Below are positions 55,976 to 64,000 of a DNA stretch of 64,000 bases, piece by piece. The stretch comes from Marinosulfonomonas sp. (GTDB lineage: Bacteria > Pseudomonadota > Alphaproteobacteria > Rhodobacterales > Rhodobacteraceae): contig DAOURA010000001.1 in NCBI GenBank assembly GCA_030625325.1, forward strand, positions 1,579-65,578, written 5' to 3'. The notes under the pieces were generated by a model. That model saw only the letters and a list, made by a program, of their open reading frames with translations. It ran no database searches and was not told the DNA's origin. Each line of letters opens with the position of its first letter. Within the stretch, counting starts at the first letter, position 1. The position numbers and the translations under genes are program-made.

Positions 55976-56671
55976 TTGTTGATACAAGTTCAAACAAGTC
56001 TGAATGAGAACGTGGTGCCGATTGCCGAAAAAGGTGATGAAAGTCGCTTTGGCGCAATTCTTGATGCCGCTGAGTATATATTTGCCTCGTCCGGGTACGA
56101 GGGTGCAAAAATGCGCCAGATTGCCGAAAATGCGGGCGTGGCGCAGGGTCTGATCCACTATCATTTTGGCAATAAAGAGAAACTGTTTGAATCCATGGTG
56201 GCGCGACGTTCCGGCCATATCAACAACAGACGCGCCAAACTTCTGGACGGTCTTTTCGTGGATAGCACGACACCTTCGTTGGAAGATGTCGTCACAGCGT
56301 TATTCAGGCCGACGATTGAAACAGGATTATCCATGGCAAAAGACGGGGGCAGCTTTTCCCGCATTCTTGTGTCTTTCGCCAACTCCGCCGCCCCCCGGGA
56401 GCAGGGGCTGGCCGAACGCTATTACGACCCGATTGCCCGCAAGTTTATCAACGCTTTTCATGAAATTGAGCCTCGCCTTACCAAGGCAGATGCCGTTTGG
56501 GCGTACATGTTCGCAATCGGTGTCGGCATGACAATGATGGCCAAAACCGGGCGCTCATTGCGGCTGTCGGACGGGGTTTGTGACGACGGAAATATCGATG
56601 AAATGCTGAAGAAGATTGTTATCTATATTTGTGGGGGAATACGGGCACTTATCGAAAATACTGAAAACTGA
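55976..56671 (+). CDS. TetR/AcrR family transcriptional regulator
   Basis: The HTH reads ILDAAEYIFASSGYEGAKMRQIAENAGVAQGLIHYHFGNKEKLF. The start codon is uncertain (TTG at 55976 or 55979, or GTG at 56012). Confidence 0.82.
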   Translation: MLIQVQTSLNENVVPIAEKGDESRFGAILDAAEYIFASSGYEGAKMRQIAENAGVAQGLIHYHFGNKEKLFESMVARRSGHINNRRAKLLDGLFVDSTTPSLEDVVTALFRPTIETGLSMAKDGGSFSRILVSFANSAAPREQGLAERYYDPIARKFINAFHEIEPRLTKADAVWAYMFAIGVGMTMMAKTGRSLRLSDGVCDDGNIDEMLKKIVIYICGGIRALIENTEN

Positions 56672-56693
56672 AACCTATTTACGGGAGGTAAAA

Positions 56694-57767
56694 ATGAAAA
56701 ATATACTTGTAGGCAGCGCACTGGCTGTGTTGGTCACAGTCGGGGGAATTTCGGTTGGGACTGTCGCCGCGGCTGAAGAACTTAACGTCACGATCGTAGC
56801 AGGCCATCCGCCTGTGTTCCGTTGGGTAAAACACGCCAGCCAGACATTTATTCCTGCGGTCAACGCGGCCCTCGAGGGAACAGGAACGACAATCAACTGG
56901 AGCGAGCAATATGGCGGCTCACTTGCCAAGGTCGGTGACGAGTTGGAAGCAGTTGAAGAAGGTCTGGCTGAAATTGGATTGGTTTCCAGCCTGTTCGACC
57001 CCGCCAAACTGTCGGTGCAGAACGTAACCTATTTCACGCCTTTTGTTTCGAGTGATTCCGCCGGAGTTGCCGAACTTATGGACCGCCTTCAGGAAGAAAT
57101 CCCTGCGATGCGGGCGTCTTGGGAAGAAAACGGGCTGGAATACCTTGGCGGAGCTATCGGTATCGATGATTACCTGCTGATGACCAAGTTCCCGATTAAA
57201 TCCATATCGGACCTTGAGGGCATGAAAATCGGGGCGCCGGGGCCAGCAGTTAACTGGCTGAAAGGTACAGGCGCGGTTGGGGTGTCTGGCAACCTGACCA
57301 CATATTACAACGAAATTAAAACCGGTGTTTATGATGGTGTGATTGTGTTCGCTTCTGCAGCGCTTCCCGGCAAGCTCTATGAGGTTGCGCCCTACATCAC
57401 CAAAGTCGGCTTTGGTGCCCAGTATGCGGGTGGGCTGGCCGCGAATAAAGACTGGTACGATGGCCTGCCTGCAGAGGTTCAGCAAGCGCTACGCGATGCA
57501 GCAACCGCAGATCGTCTTGCCTATATTGAAGACCTGGATGCTTCCGTTGCCAAGTTCCTTGAAATGATGGTGGCACAAGGGGCCAGCATAACCGAGGTAG
57601 ACGAAGCCTTCCGCGCCAAGTGGGCCGTCGGCATGGATAATGTAGCCAAAGTCTGGGCCGAAACACTGGATGCGCAAGGCAAACCGGGCAGTGACGTACT
57701 GAAAGTCTATATGGACAGCATGCGTGCAGCGGGCGCGACGCCGGTTCGCAACTGGGATCAGGAATAA
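56694..57767 (+). CDS. TRAP transporter substrate-binding protein (DctP family)
   Basis: The signal peptide is MKNILVGSALAVLVTVGGISVGTVAAA. Size and the adjacent DctQ/DctM genes support the call. GGAGG lies upstream of the ATG at 56694. Confidence 0.85.
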   Translation: MKNILVGSALAVLVTVGGISVGTVAAAEELNVTIVAGHPPVFRWVKHASQTFIPAVNAALEGTGTTINWSEQYGGSLAKVGDELEAVEEGLAEIGLVSSLFDPAKLSVQNVTYFTPFVSSDSAGVAELMDRLQEEIPAMRASWEENGLEYLGGAIGIDDYLLMTKFPIKSISDLEGMKIGAPGPAVNWLKGTGAVGVSGNLTTYYNEIKTGVYDGVIVFASAALPGKLYEVAPYITKVGFGAQYAGGLAANKDWYDGLPAEVQQALRDAATADRLAYIEDLDASVAKFLEMMVAQGASITEVDEAFRAKWAVGMDNVAKVWAETLDAQGKPGSDVLKVYMDSMRAAGATPVRNWDQE

Positions 57768-57785
57768 TCCCGCTGACATCACTAA

Positions 57786-57820
57786 CCAGCCCCGCAATCA
57801 CGGCGGGGCTGGACCTTTTT
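57786..57820 (+). terminator. intra-operon terminator/attenuator hairpin between the TRAP binding-protein and permease genes
   Basis: A perfect 10-bp stem (CCAGCCCCGC 57786-57795 / GCGGGGCTGG 57803-57812) is followed by ACCTTTTT. Confidence 0.6.
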
Positions 57821-57843
57821 CAGAGAATTGAAAAGCCCGAACT

Positions 57844-58422
57844 ATGACAAACCACAGCGATTCATCCGCCCCGGTTTCGACGAATCTTCCCAACTGGTTC
57901 AGAAACATTCGCCGTGTTTGCGACACGGTTACTGCGGCGCTTAACGTCGGTGGAACATTGCTGATTGTCGCCATTATGGTGTTGGTTAATGCAGATGTAA
58001 TCGGGCGCGGGGTTTTCAATGCGCCGGTATCAGGTGTTCCCGAAATAGTTTCTATGTCGATTGTCGCTATCGTATTTCTACAGATCGCCCACACCTTTCG
58101 TATGGGCCGCCTTACCCGCACCGACGCCACCTTGAATTTTATAAAAGCGCGCTCAATGCGCCTTTATGCTGCGGTCGAACTGTTGTTTTCACTCGCCGCT
58201 ATCACCCTTATCTGGCAGCTGTTTTCGGCAAGTAAACCGTTGTTTGTAAAGTCGTGGGTGCGCGGCACATTCGAAGGGACTATCGGTGATTTTACCGCCC
58301 CGATCTGGCCCGTTAAACTGGTCATCCTAATCGGTTGCGGCGCACTGCTTTTGCAACTTGTATTGTTCGCCGCTGACGCCGCTTTTCGACTTTTCCAAAA
58401 ACAAACGCAAGGTGCGGTATGA
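57844..58422 (+). CDS. TRAP transporter small permease (DctQ family)
   Basis: The protein has four TM helices, is 192 aa, and lies between the DctP and DctM genes. Confidence 0.85.
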   Translation: MTNHSDSSAPVSTNLPNWFRNIRRVCDTVTAALNVGGTLLIVAIMVLVNADVIGRGVFNAPVSGVPEIVSMSIVAIVFLQIAHTFRMGRLTRTDATLNFIKARSMRLYAAVELLFSLAAITLIWQLFSASKPLFVKSWVRGTFEGTIGDFTAPIWPVKLVILIGCGALLLQLVLFAADAAFRLFQKQTQGAV

Positions 58423-59729
58423 GCCCGTTTGAAATTGGCATTGCCTCGTTCGGCGGTATGGTTGCCCTTGTCTATATGGGGATGTGGGTGCCATTCGCGC
58501 TGATGCTGGCATCCTATGTCGGGGTTTGGGTCATCAAAGGATCGCCATTATTGGCGGGGAAATTACTGGCGCTGGCGGCATCCGAGACCATCTCCAGCTA
58601 TTTCTTCGGTGTTGTGCCCCTGTTTGTTCTTATGGGGTACATCGTATCGGTTACCGGCATGGGTAAGGACGCCTTTGATGTCGCCAACCATATGTTCCGC
58701 CGCGTGCGTGGCGGACTTGGGATCGGCACAGTGGGGGCAAATGCGATCTTTGCCGCCATCACCGGAATTTCCATTGCCTCCGCTGCCGTATTCACCCGTA
58801 TTGCGGTGCCCGAAATGGTGCAACACGGCTATTCCAAACGCTTCGCGGTTGGTGTGGTCGCGGGCTCTTCGGTGCTGGGAATGTTGATCCCACCAAGCTT
58901 GCTGTTGATCCTTTACGGATTGTTAACCGAACAATCCGTAGGGGACTTATTCATTGCGGGCATTATCCCCGGCATCCTACTGGCAGTAACCTTTAGCATC
59001 GGCATTCTGGCCATGGCATACTTTAAACCGGGCATGTTGGGCGAAGGTATTTCAAAACCCTTAACCGATGGCGGCCTAAGCCCGCGCGAATTGATTGCCA
59101 AAGGCCTACCGATATCTGGCCTGATCGGCCTTGTGCTGGGCGGCATCTATGGCGGGTTTTTTACCCCAATCGAGGCAGGAGCCGTCGGTTGCTTAGGGGC
59201 CATCATAATTGGCCTGCTGCGGCGAAAACTTAGCCTGAAAGATTTCTGGCAGGTGCTTAATGATACTGGCCTCGTCACAGCCTCAATTCTGTTTCTGATT
59301 ATTGCCGCACAGATGTATTCCCGCATGCTGGCCTTGTCTGGCGTGCCGGCCGGCTTTGGCACCCTGATCACCACAGCCGATATCGGCTATTGGGGCGTTA
59401 TACTGTCGTACGTTTTGCTGGTGATCGTGATGGGGACAATCCTTGACAGTTCTTCCATCATGTTGATCCTTGTACCGCTGATGCTGCCGGTCATTACGGC
59501 CATGGGCGTCGATCTGGTTTGGTTCGGGATTGTCACTATCATTGCTGTTGAAATCGGTTTGCTGACCCCGCCCTTTGGCATATCGGTGTTTGTGATTAAA
59601 TCCGCCCTTGACGATCCTTCAATAACGCTTGGGGATATTTTCCTTGGTGCTGCCCCGTTTGCGCTGATGATGCTGGTTGTTCTTGGCCTCGTCCTCACCT
59701 TTCCTATTCTTGCAACCGCCCTGATTTAA
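58419..59729 (+). CDS. TRAP transporter large permease (DctM family)
   Basis: The protein is 436 aa with about 12 TM helices and typical DctM blocks (GIGTVGANAIFAAITG, LIPPS). Its start overlaps the dctQ stop. Confidence 0.92.
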   Translation: MSPFEIGIASFGGMVALVYMGMWVPFALMLASYVGVWVIKGSPLLAGKLLALAASETISSYFFGVVPLFVLMGYIVSVTGMGKDAFDVANHMFRRVRGGLGIGTVGANAIFAAITGISIASAAVFTRIAVPEMVQHGYSKRFAVGVVAGSSVLGMLIPPSLLLILYGLLTEQSVGDLFIAGIIPGILLAVTFSIGILAMAYFKPGMLGEGISKPLTDGGLSPRELIAKGLPISGLIGLVLGGIYGGFFTPIEAGAVGCLGAIIIGLLRRKLSLKDFWQVLNDTGLVTASILFLIIAAQMYSRMLALSGVPAGFGTLITTADIGYWGVILSYVLLVIVMGTILDSSSIMLILVPLMLPVITAMGVDLVWFGIVTIIAVEIGLLTPPFGISVFVIKSALDDPSITLGDIFLGAAPFALMMLVVLGLVLTFPILATALI

Positions 59730-59740
59730 AGGAGCCCCTT

Positions 59741-60517
59741 ATGGTTCGTCGTATTGTTGATTTATCCGTTGCGCTGGAAACCGGTATCATTTCGGACCCC
59801 CCCCCGATGATGCCTAAGATCGAGTATATGAACCACAAAGACACCGCCGCGCAGGTTTGTGAATTCTTCCCCGGCCTGACACCGGATCAACTGCCAAACG
59901 GTGAGGGATGGGCGATTGAGATGCTGCAAATTGCAACCCATAACGGTACCCATCTGGATGCGCCGTATCACTACCATTCAACCATGAACAACGGCGAGCG
60001 GGCGATCACCATTGATGAAGTACCGCTGGACTGGTGCTTTAACCCCGGCGTTAAGCTGGATTTTCGGCATTTCGCCGATGGGTATATCGTGACCGCTGCC
60101 GATGTAGAGGCCGAGCTGAAACGTATTGGACATGATCTGCAGCCGCTGGATATTGTCGTGGTGAATACCTCAGCAGGGGCGCATTACGGACAGGATGACT
60201 ACCTGATGAAAGGCTGCGGGATGGGCCGTGAGGCCACACTGTATCTGACCGAACGCGGTGTGCGTGTCACCGGCACGGATGCCTGGAGCTGGGATGCACC
60301 GTTCCCCCTAACTGCCGCCGAGTTCGCCAAATCAGGGGACCCGAAAATCATCTGGGAAGGGCACCGCGCCGGCATGGAGGTTGGTTACTGCCACATCGAG
60401 AAACTGACCAACCTGGAAGGTCTTCCTGGTCATGGCTTCGAGATTTCCTGTTTCCCGTTCAAAATCAAAGACGCCTCTGCCGGATTCACCCGCGCCGTGG
60501 CGATATTCGAGGAGTAA
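59741..60517 (+). CDS. cyclase family protein (arylformamidase-like metal hydrolase)
   Basis: The THNGTHLDAPYHY motif and the later GTDAWS block are typical of the putative-cyclase/kynurenine formamidase fold. Confidence 0.78.
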   Translation: MVRRIVDLSVALETGIISDPPPMMPKIEYMNHKDTAAQVCEFFPGLTPDQLPNGEGWAIEMLQIATHNGTHLDAPYHYHSTMNNGERAITIDEVPLDWCFNPGVKLDFRHFADGYIVTAADVEAELKRIGHDLQPLDIVVVNTSAGAHYGQDDYLMKGCGMGREATLYLTERGVRVTGTDAWSWDAPFPLTAAEFAKSGDPKIIWEGHRAGMEVGYCHIEKLTNLEGLPGHGFEISCFPFKIKDASAGFTRAVAIFEE

Positions 60518-60522
60518 GCTAC

Positions 60523-61452
60523 ATGCCTACCAAAACAATCGTGTCCTGCGCCATCACCGGCGCGATCCACACGCCCACCATGTCCGATGCCCTGCCCATC
60601 AACCCGGAAATGATTGCCGAACAGGCGATCGAGGCGGCACAAGCCGGGGCCACGATCCTGCATCTTCATGCACGCAACCCAAAAAATGGGGCACCATCGG
60701 TCGACCCAGAGCACTTCCGCTATTTTCTGGCGCGTATTCGGGCCGAGACTGACGCTATAGTCAATATTTCAACCGGCGGTAGCATCAGTATGGGGATCGA
60801 GGAACGGATTGCCCCCGCGGCAGAGTTTTCACCCGAAATGTGTTCGATGAATATGGGTTCGCTGAATTTCTCCCTTCATCCTCTGGCTGATCGCTATGAG
60901 AACTTTAAGGAAGACTGGGAAGAACCCTTTCTGCGGGGGTCGGAAAATGCGATATTCCGCAATACCTTCCAGGATATCGCAAAGGTGGCCAAGACCCTTG
61001 GCGAAGAACACCAAGTGAAGTTCGAACATGAATGTTACGATGTAGGCCATCTTTACAATCTGGATTTCTGCCTGAAACAGGGCATGTTCAAAGCGCCGAT
61101 CTTCCTGCAATTCGTCATGGGGATTTTGGGTGGCATCGCGGCCGAGGTGGAAAACCTCGTTTTCATGAAACGCACCGCCGATAAGCTCTTTGGCAGTAAC
61201 TACCATTGGTCTGTGATCGGTGCCGGCAATCAACAGATGCGCATGGCCACCGTTGCCGCCCAGATGGGGGGGCATGTGCGCGTGGGCTTGGAAGACTCGC
61301 TCTTTATCGAACATCGCAAGCTGGCAACGTCAAACGCCCAGCAAGTGCGCCGTGTACGTGAGATACTGGAACGCCAGGGCAACCAGATCGCAACCCCGGA
61401 CGAAGCCCGCAAGATGCTTGATCTGAAAGGCGGAGATCGGGTGAAATTCTGA
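60523..61452 (+). CDS. beta-keto acid cleavage enzyme (BKACE / 3-keto-5-aminohexanoate cleavage family)
   Basis: CAITGAIHTP, ILHLHARNP and NISTGGS are characteristic BKACE N-terminal blocks. Length is 309 aa. Confidence 0.85.
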   Translation: MPTKTIVSCAITGAIHTPTMSDALPINPEMIAEQAIEAAQAGATILHLHARNPKNGAPSVDPEHFRYFLARIRAETDAIVNISTGGSISMGIEERIAPAAEFSPEMCSMNMGSLNFSLHPLADRYENFKEDWEEPFLRGSENAIFRNTFQDIAKVAKTLGEEHQVKFEHECYDVGHLYNLDFCLKQGMFKAPIFLQFVMGILGGIAAEVENLVFMKRTADKLFGSNYHWSVIGAGNQQMRMATVAAQMGGHVRVGLEDSLFIEHRKLATSNAQQVRRVREILERQGNQIATPDEARKMLDLKGGDRVKF

Positions 61453-62483
61453 TGGCTTCAAACCCTCTTGATAACTTTGTTATTGACCCGGGAATTTTAA
61501 AAACTATTGGCAAAGACCTGCAAAGACCCGAATGTATTCTGGCGGAAAAAGACGGCTCTTTGTGGTCGGCCGACGCCCGGGGCGGGGTTGTCCACATCAT
61601 GCCAGACGGCAAGCAGCAGATAATAACACAACACGAAAATAGTGCATTTTCCCAATCCACCAGCGCGACCGACCGGTTCACCAAAGGCACTTTGCCCAAC
61701 GGCCTTGCCTTCGTAAAAAACGGCGACATCCTGATATCCAATTTTGGCACCGACCAGCTTGAAATAATGAAGCGAACGGGCGAAACCACTGTGCTACACG
61801 ACACGCTTAACGGCAAACCCATTGGTAAGGTGAATTTCGTGCTGCGCGACCGACAGGATCGCATCTGGCTGAGCATTTCAACCACCATCCCCAATTGGAT
61901 GGATGCGATTAGCCCGAATATCTGCGATGGCTACATCGCGCTTGCCGACAAGAACGGCCTGCGGATCGTGGCCGACGGGTTCATGTTCACCAACGAGATC
62001 CGATTTGATGCTAATGAAGAATGGCTTTACATCGTTGAAACCACGGCCATGAAAATCACCCGTATGCGGGTTGACAGTAACGGTAACCTGTCGCGGCGGG
62101 AAACCTTTGGCCCGGAAAGTCACAATGCATTTATTGACGGCATTGCCTTTGACTCTTTTGGGAATCTTTGGGGCACCCATGTTATGATCGACCATATTTT
62201 CGCCCTGACACCAGATGGGGATTTGCGTATTTTGCTGGATGACGACAACGGTTCGACGGCAGGGAAAACCCTGATGCAGGCGTTTAATGAAGACCGTGTG
62301 ACCCCTGAACTGACCCTTGCCTGTGGCGGTCAGATTGCACCGTGGATGGCCAGCATCACATTTGGCGGGCCGGATCTGTCCACCGTCTACATCGGCAGCC
62401 TACGCGGAACGACCATTCCCTATTTCTCTTCACCGGTCCCCGGTCTGCCAATGGTTCACTGGAATGAAAGGATCGCAAAATGA
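61452..62483 (+). CDS. SMP-30/gluconolactonase/LRE-like beta-propeller protein
   Basis: Repeated propeller blades end in NGLAF, NEIRFD and DGIAFD motifs. Length is 343 aa. Confidence 0.78.
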   Translation: MASNPLDNFVIDPGILKTIGKDLQRPECILAEKDGSLWSADARGGVVHIMPDGKQQIITQHENSAFSQSTSATDRFTKGTLPNGLAFVKNGDILISNFGTDQLEIMKRTGETTVLHDTLNGKPIGKVNFVLRDRQDRIWLSISTTIPNWMDAISPNICDGYIALADKNGLRIVADGFMFTNEIRFDANEEWLYIVETTAMKITRMRVDSNGNLSRRETFGPESHNAFIDGIAFDSFGNLWGTHVMIDHIFALTPDGDLRILLDDDNGSTAGKTLMQAFNEDRVTPELTLACGGQIAPWMASITFGGPDLSTVYIGSLRGTTIPYFSSPVPGLPMVHWNERIAK

Positions 62484-62980
62484 GCACACAACCCGCCAAC
62501 ATGCCCGATCGCGCGGTGGTACAGTTCAACTGCCATGGCGTGGCAACAGGCAAGATGCGCAATGAGCTGGAAGTCACGATGGTGAAACCGTTCAAAGAAA
62601 GTTTCACAATGGCCACAGACGAAGGGGCGTTTCACGGTGGGGACGCCACCGCGCCGCCGCCGTTGGCAATGTTTGTTGGCAGTCTGACAGGGTGTATCAT
62701 GACCCAGATCAGGGCCTTTGCCAAACGTCTGGATGTCACCCTTAACGATTTGCAGGTGGACACACGGGTAAAGTGGGATTGGCAGGCAACCGGGCGAACC
62801 TATGAGACAGCTCCTAAATCTTTCGAGATCGACGTGATGATTGACAGCGACGACCCCATTGAAAAGGTTCGTGAATTGGTTGCAACTGCGAAAAAGGGGT
62901 GTTTTATTGAACAGACCCTTGGACAGCAAAACACCATAAATCATAGGATAAAAACTGCCGACGGCTGGGAAGTTGCGTAA
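62480..62980 (+). CDS. OsmC family protein
   Basis: The GGDATAPPPLAMFVGSLTGC block and the later KGCFIEQTL block carry the two OsmC/Ohr Cys positions. Confidence 0.78.
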   Translation: MSTQPANMPDRAVVQFNCHGVATGKMRNELEVTMVKPFKESFTMATDEGAFHGGDATAPPPLAMFVGSLTGCIMTQIRAFAKRLDVTLNDLQVDTRVKWDWQATGRTYETAPKSFEIDVMIDSDDPIEKVRELVATAKKGCFIEQTLGQQNTINHRIKTADGWEVA

Positions 62981-63141
62981 AACTTCTTCAGGTTGGTGCT
63001 GGCGCAACATGCTATCCAGACGTGTGACCTTGACAGGTTGGAAATATTTGATCCATCGCCGGGTGGAAACTTGACTCTGAGGGGCTCCATGCCTCATTCT
63101 CAGGGCATAGCAATTGATGTCATTAAACTGGAATTACCCAA

Positions 63142-63825
63142 GTGGCCCTGATTGACCATCTTCTTTCGACTGCCGGGTTAGTACATATTGCTTTAATGTT
63201 TTATTGTGCGGGCCTCATGGTGCGCGATGAGCTGTTGTTGCGCATCCTGATCCTGATCGGCACAGGGTTTTACCTGTCCTACTATTTTTATTTTCCAGAA
63301 ACCCCACTTTGGGACGCAATGTTCGCAAGTGCCGCCATTGGCACCGTCAATCTGACACTTATCGCTATCGTGATCCGTGAACGCACAACCTTCACCATGA
63401 GTGCCGAAGATGCCGCCCTTTTTAAAAGATTTGGCGTGCTTACTCCGGGCCAGTTTCGAAAGCTGATGCGCCGGGCAGAGTGGCGTTCGGCATCCGAACA
63501 TGTGGAACTAACCCGTGTGGGGGAACGTCCAGAGGAGCTTTACTTCATCGTTTCTGGCGACATACATCTGGAAAAATTTGGCGAGAGCTACATTTTGGAC
63601 GCCGATAAATTTATTGGTGAGATTGCATTTCTCGAAGGAGAGCAAGCCAGTGCCACAACCGCCATCACCAGCGGGGCACGTTACGTTTCCTGGAATGTTG
63701 ATGATCTGCATTTACTTTTTGGGAAATTCCGACATCTGGGGCAAGCCGTTGTAACGCTTTTAGGGCAGGACCTATCGCGTAAAGTTGCCAGCAGCAGGCC
63801 GACCATCAGGCAAAAAAGCGAATAG
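63142..63825 (+). CDS. membrane-anchored cyclic-nucleotide-binding-domain protein (3 TM plus cNMP domain, Popeye-like layout)
   Basis: The ORF uses a GTG start. Three N-terminal TM helices are followed by ELYFIVSGDIHLEKFGESYILDADKFIGEIAFLEG, a CAP/cNMP-binding beta-roll. No output domain is present. Confidence 0.72.
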   Translation: MALIDHLLSTAGLVHIALMFYCAGLMVRDELLLRILILIGTGFYLSYYFYFPETPLWDAMFASAAIGTVNLTLIAIVIRERTTFTMSAEDAALFKRFGVLTPGQFRKLMRRAEWRSASEHVELTRVGERPEELYFIVSGDIHLEKFGESYILDADKFIGEIAFLEGEQASATTAITSGARYVSWNVDDLHLLFGKFRHLGQAVVTLLGQDLSRKVASSRPTIRQKSE

Positions 63826-64000
63826 GCCACCGTGAAGTGCCTCAACCGCTACCGCTGCTTTGAATTCATCCGGAAATCAGCGTCTGGTTGTCATCTGCAT
63901 ATCCACCCTTCAGGTCTGGACATATCTTAGCAGACTATCCAATTCTGCCGGATCACTTCACTTTGGGTTTCCCCGATCAATCAGCCTGGAACTGACAGCA

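Noticed and set aside
1-64000. CRISPR arrays, rRNA genes, intact prophage, or recognisable defence systems (restriction-modification, CBASS, TA pairs and the like).
   Set aside because: I saw no regularly spaced direct repeats, no rRNA-like sequence and no phage structural or defence-type ATPase/nuclease gene pairs. The convergent small ORFs at 4018-4440 are not organised as a toxin-antitoxin operon.

Overview
This 64 kb window is a chromosomal segment of an alphaproteobacterium. It looks Rhodobacterales/roseobacter-like, judged by gene content, gene order and an alpha-type tRNA-His with no encoded G-1, a G1-U72 pair and A73. The backbone is housekeeping: rpoH, rluD, nusB-ribH-ribB(X)-ribE, ribD-nrdR, ubiT-ubiU-ubiV, rpoD-dnaG, soxBDAG, a glutamate-type dehydrogenase, hom, glpX-recJ, ychF, trpA, lldD-like, rplY, and three tRNAs (His, Glu, Ser). 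Five accessory blocks interrupt this backbone. (1) kpsS, an OPX exporter gene and kpsC sit on the opposite strand between ribE and ribD. (2) A single A+T-rich gene for a small HTH-like protein lies between ubiT and rpoD. (3) The stand-out is an island of about 11 kb (34.4-45.6 kb), visibly richer in A+T, wedged into the hom/glpX-recJ block. It has two divergent, tightly packed operons. They encode a BcsA-like GT2 synthase with no PilZ domain and no BcsB partner, two membrane-anchored paralogues of a DUF3131-like family, an acyltransferase-3 protein, and a secreted unknown protein. They also encode a STAS::sugar-nucleotidyltransferase fusion and a 6TM::degenerate-ABC-ATPase::RsbW-like fusion. 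I read this island as an undescribed synthase-type glycan system, possibly gated by a partner-switching-like module. (4) A decayed tyrosine integrase and a truncated serine recombinase lie between tRNA-Glu and tRNA-Ser. (5) An IS remnant is followed by a TetR-TRAP-cyclase-BKACE-lactonase-OsmC block. I also saw a dispersed intergenic repeat family, a 12-bp perfect inverted repeat carrying four GANTC sites upstream of rpoD, and several operator-like palindromes and terminator hairpins. There is no rRNA and no CRISPR array. All functional calls come from reading the supplied translations for motifs; no database search was possible.
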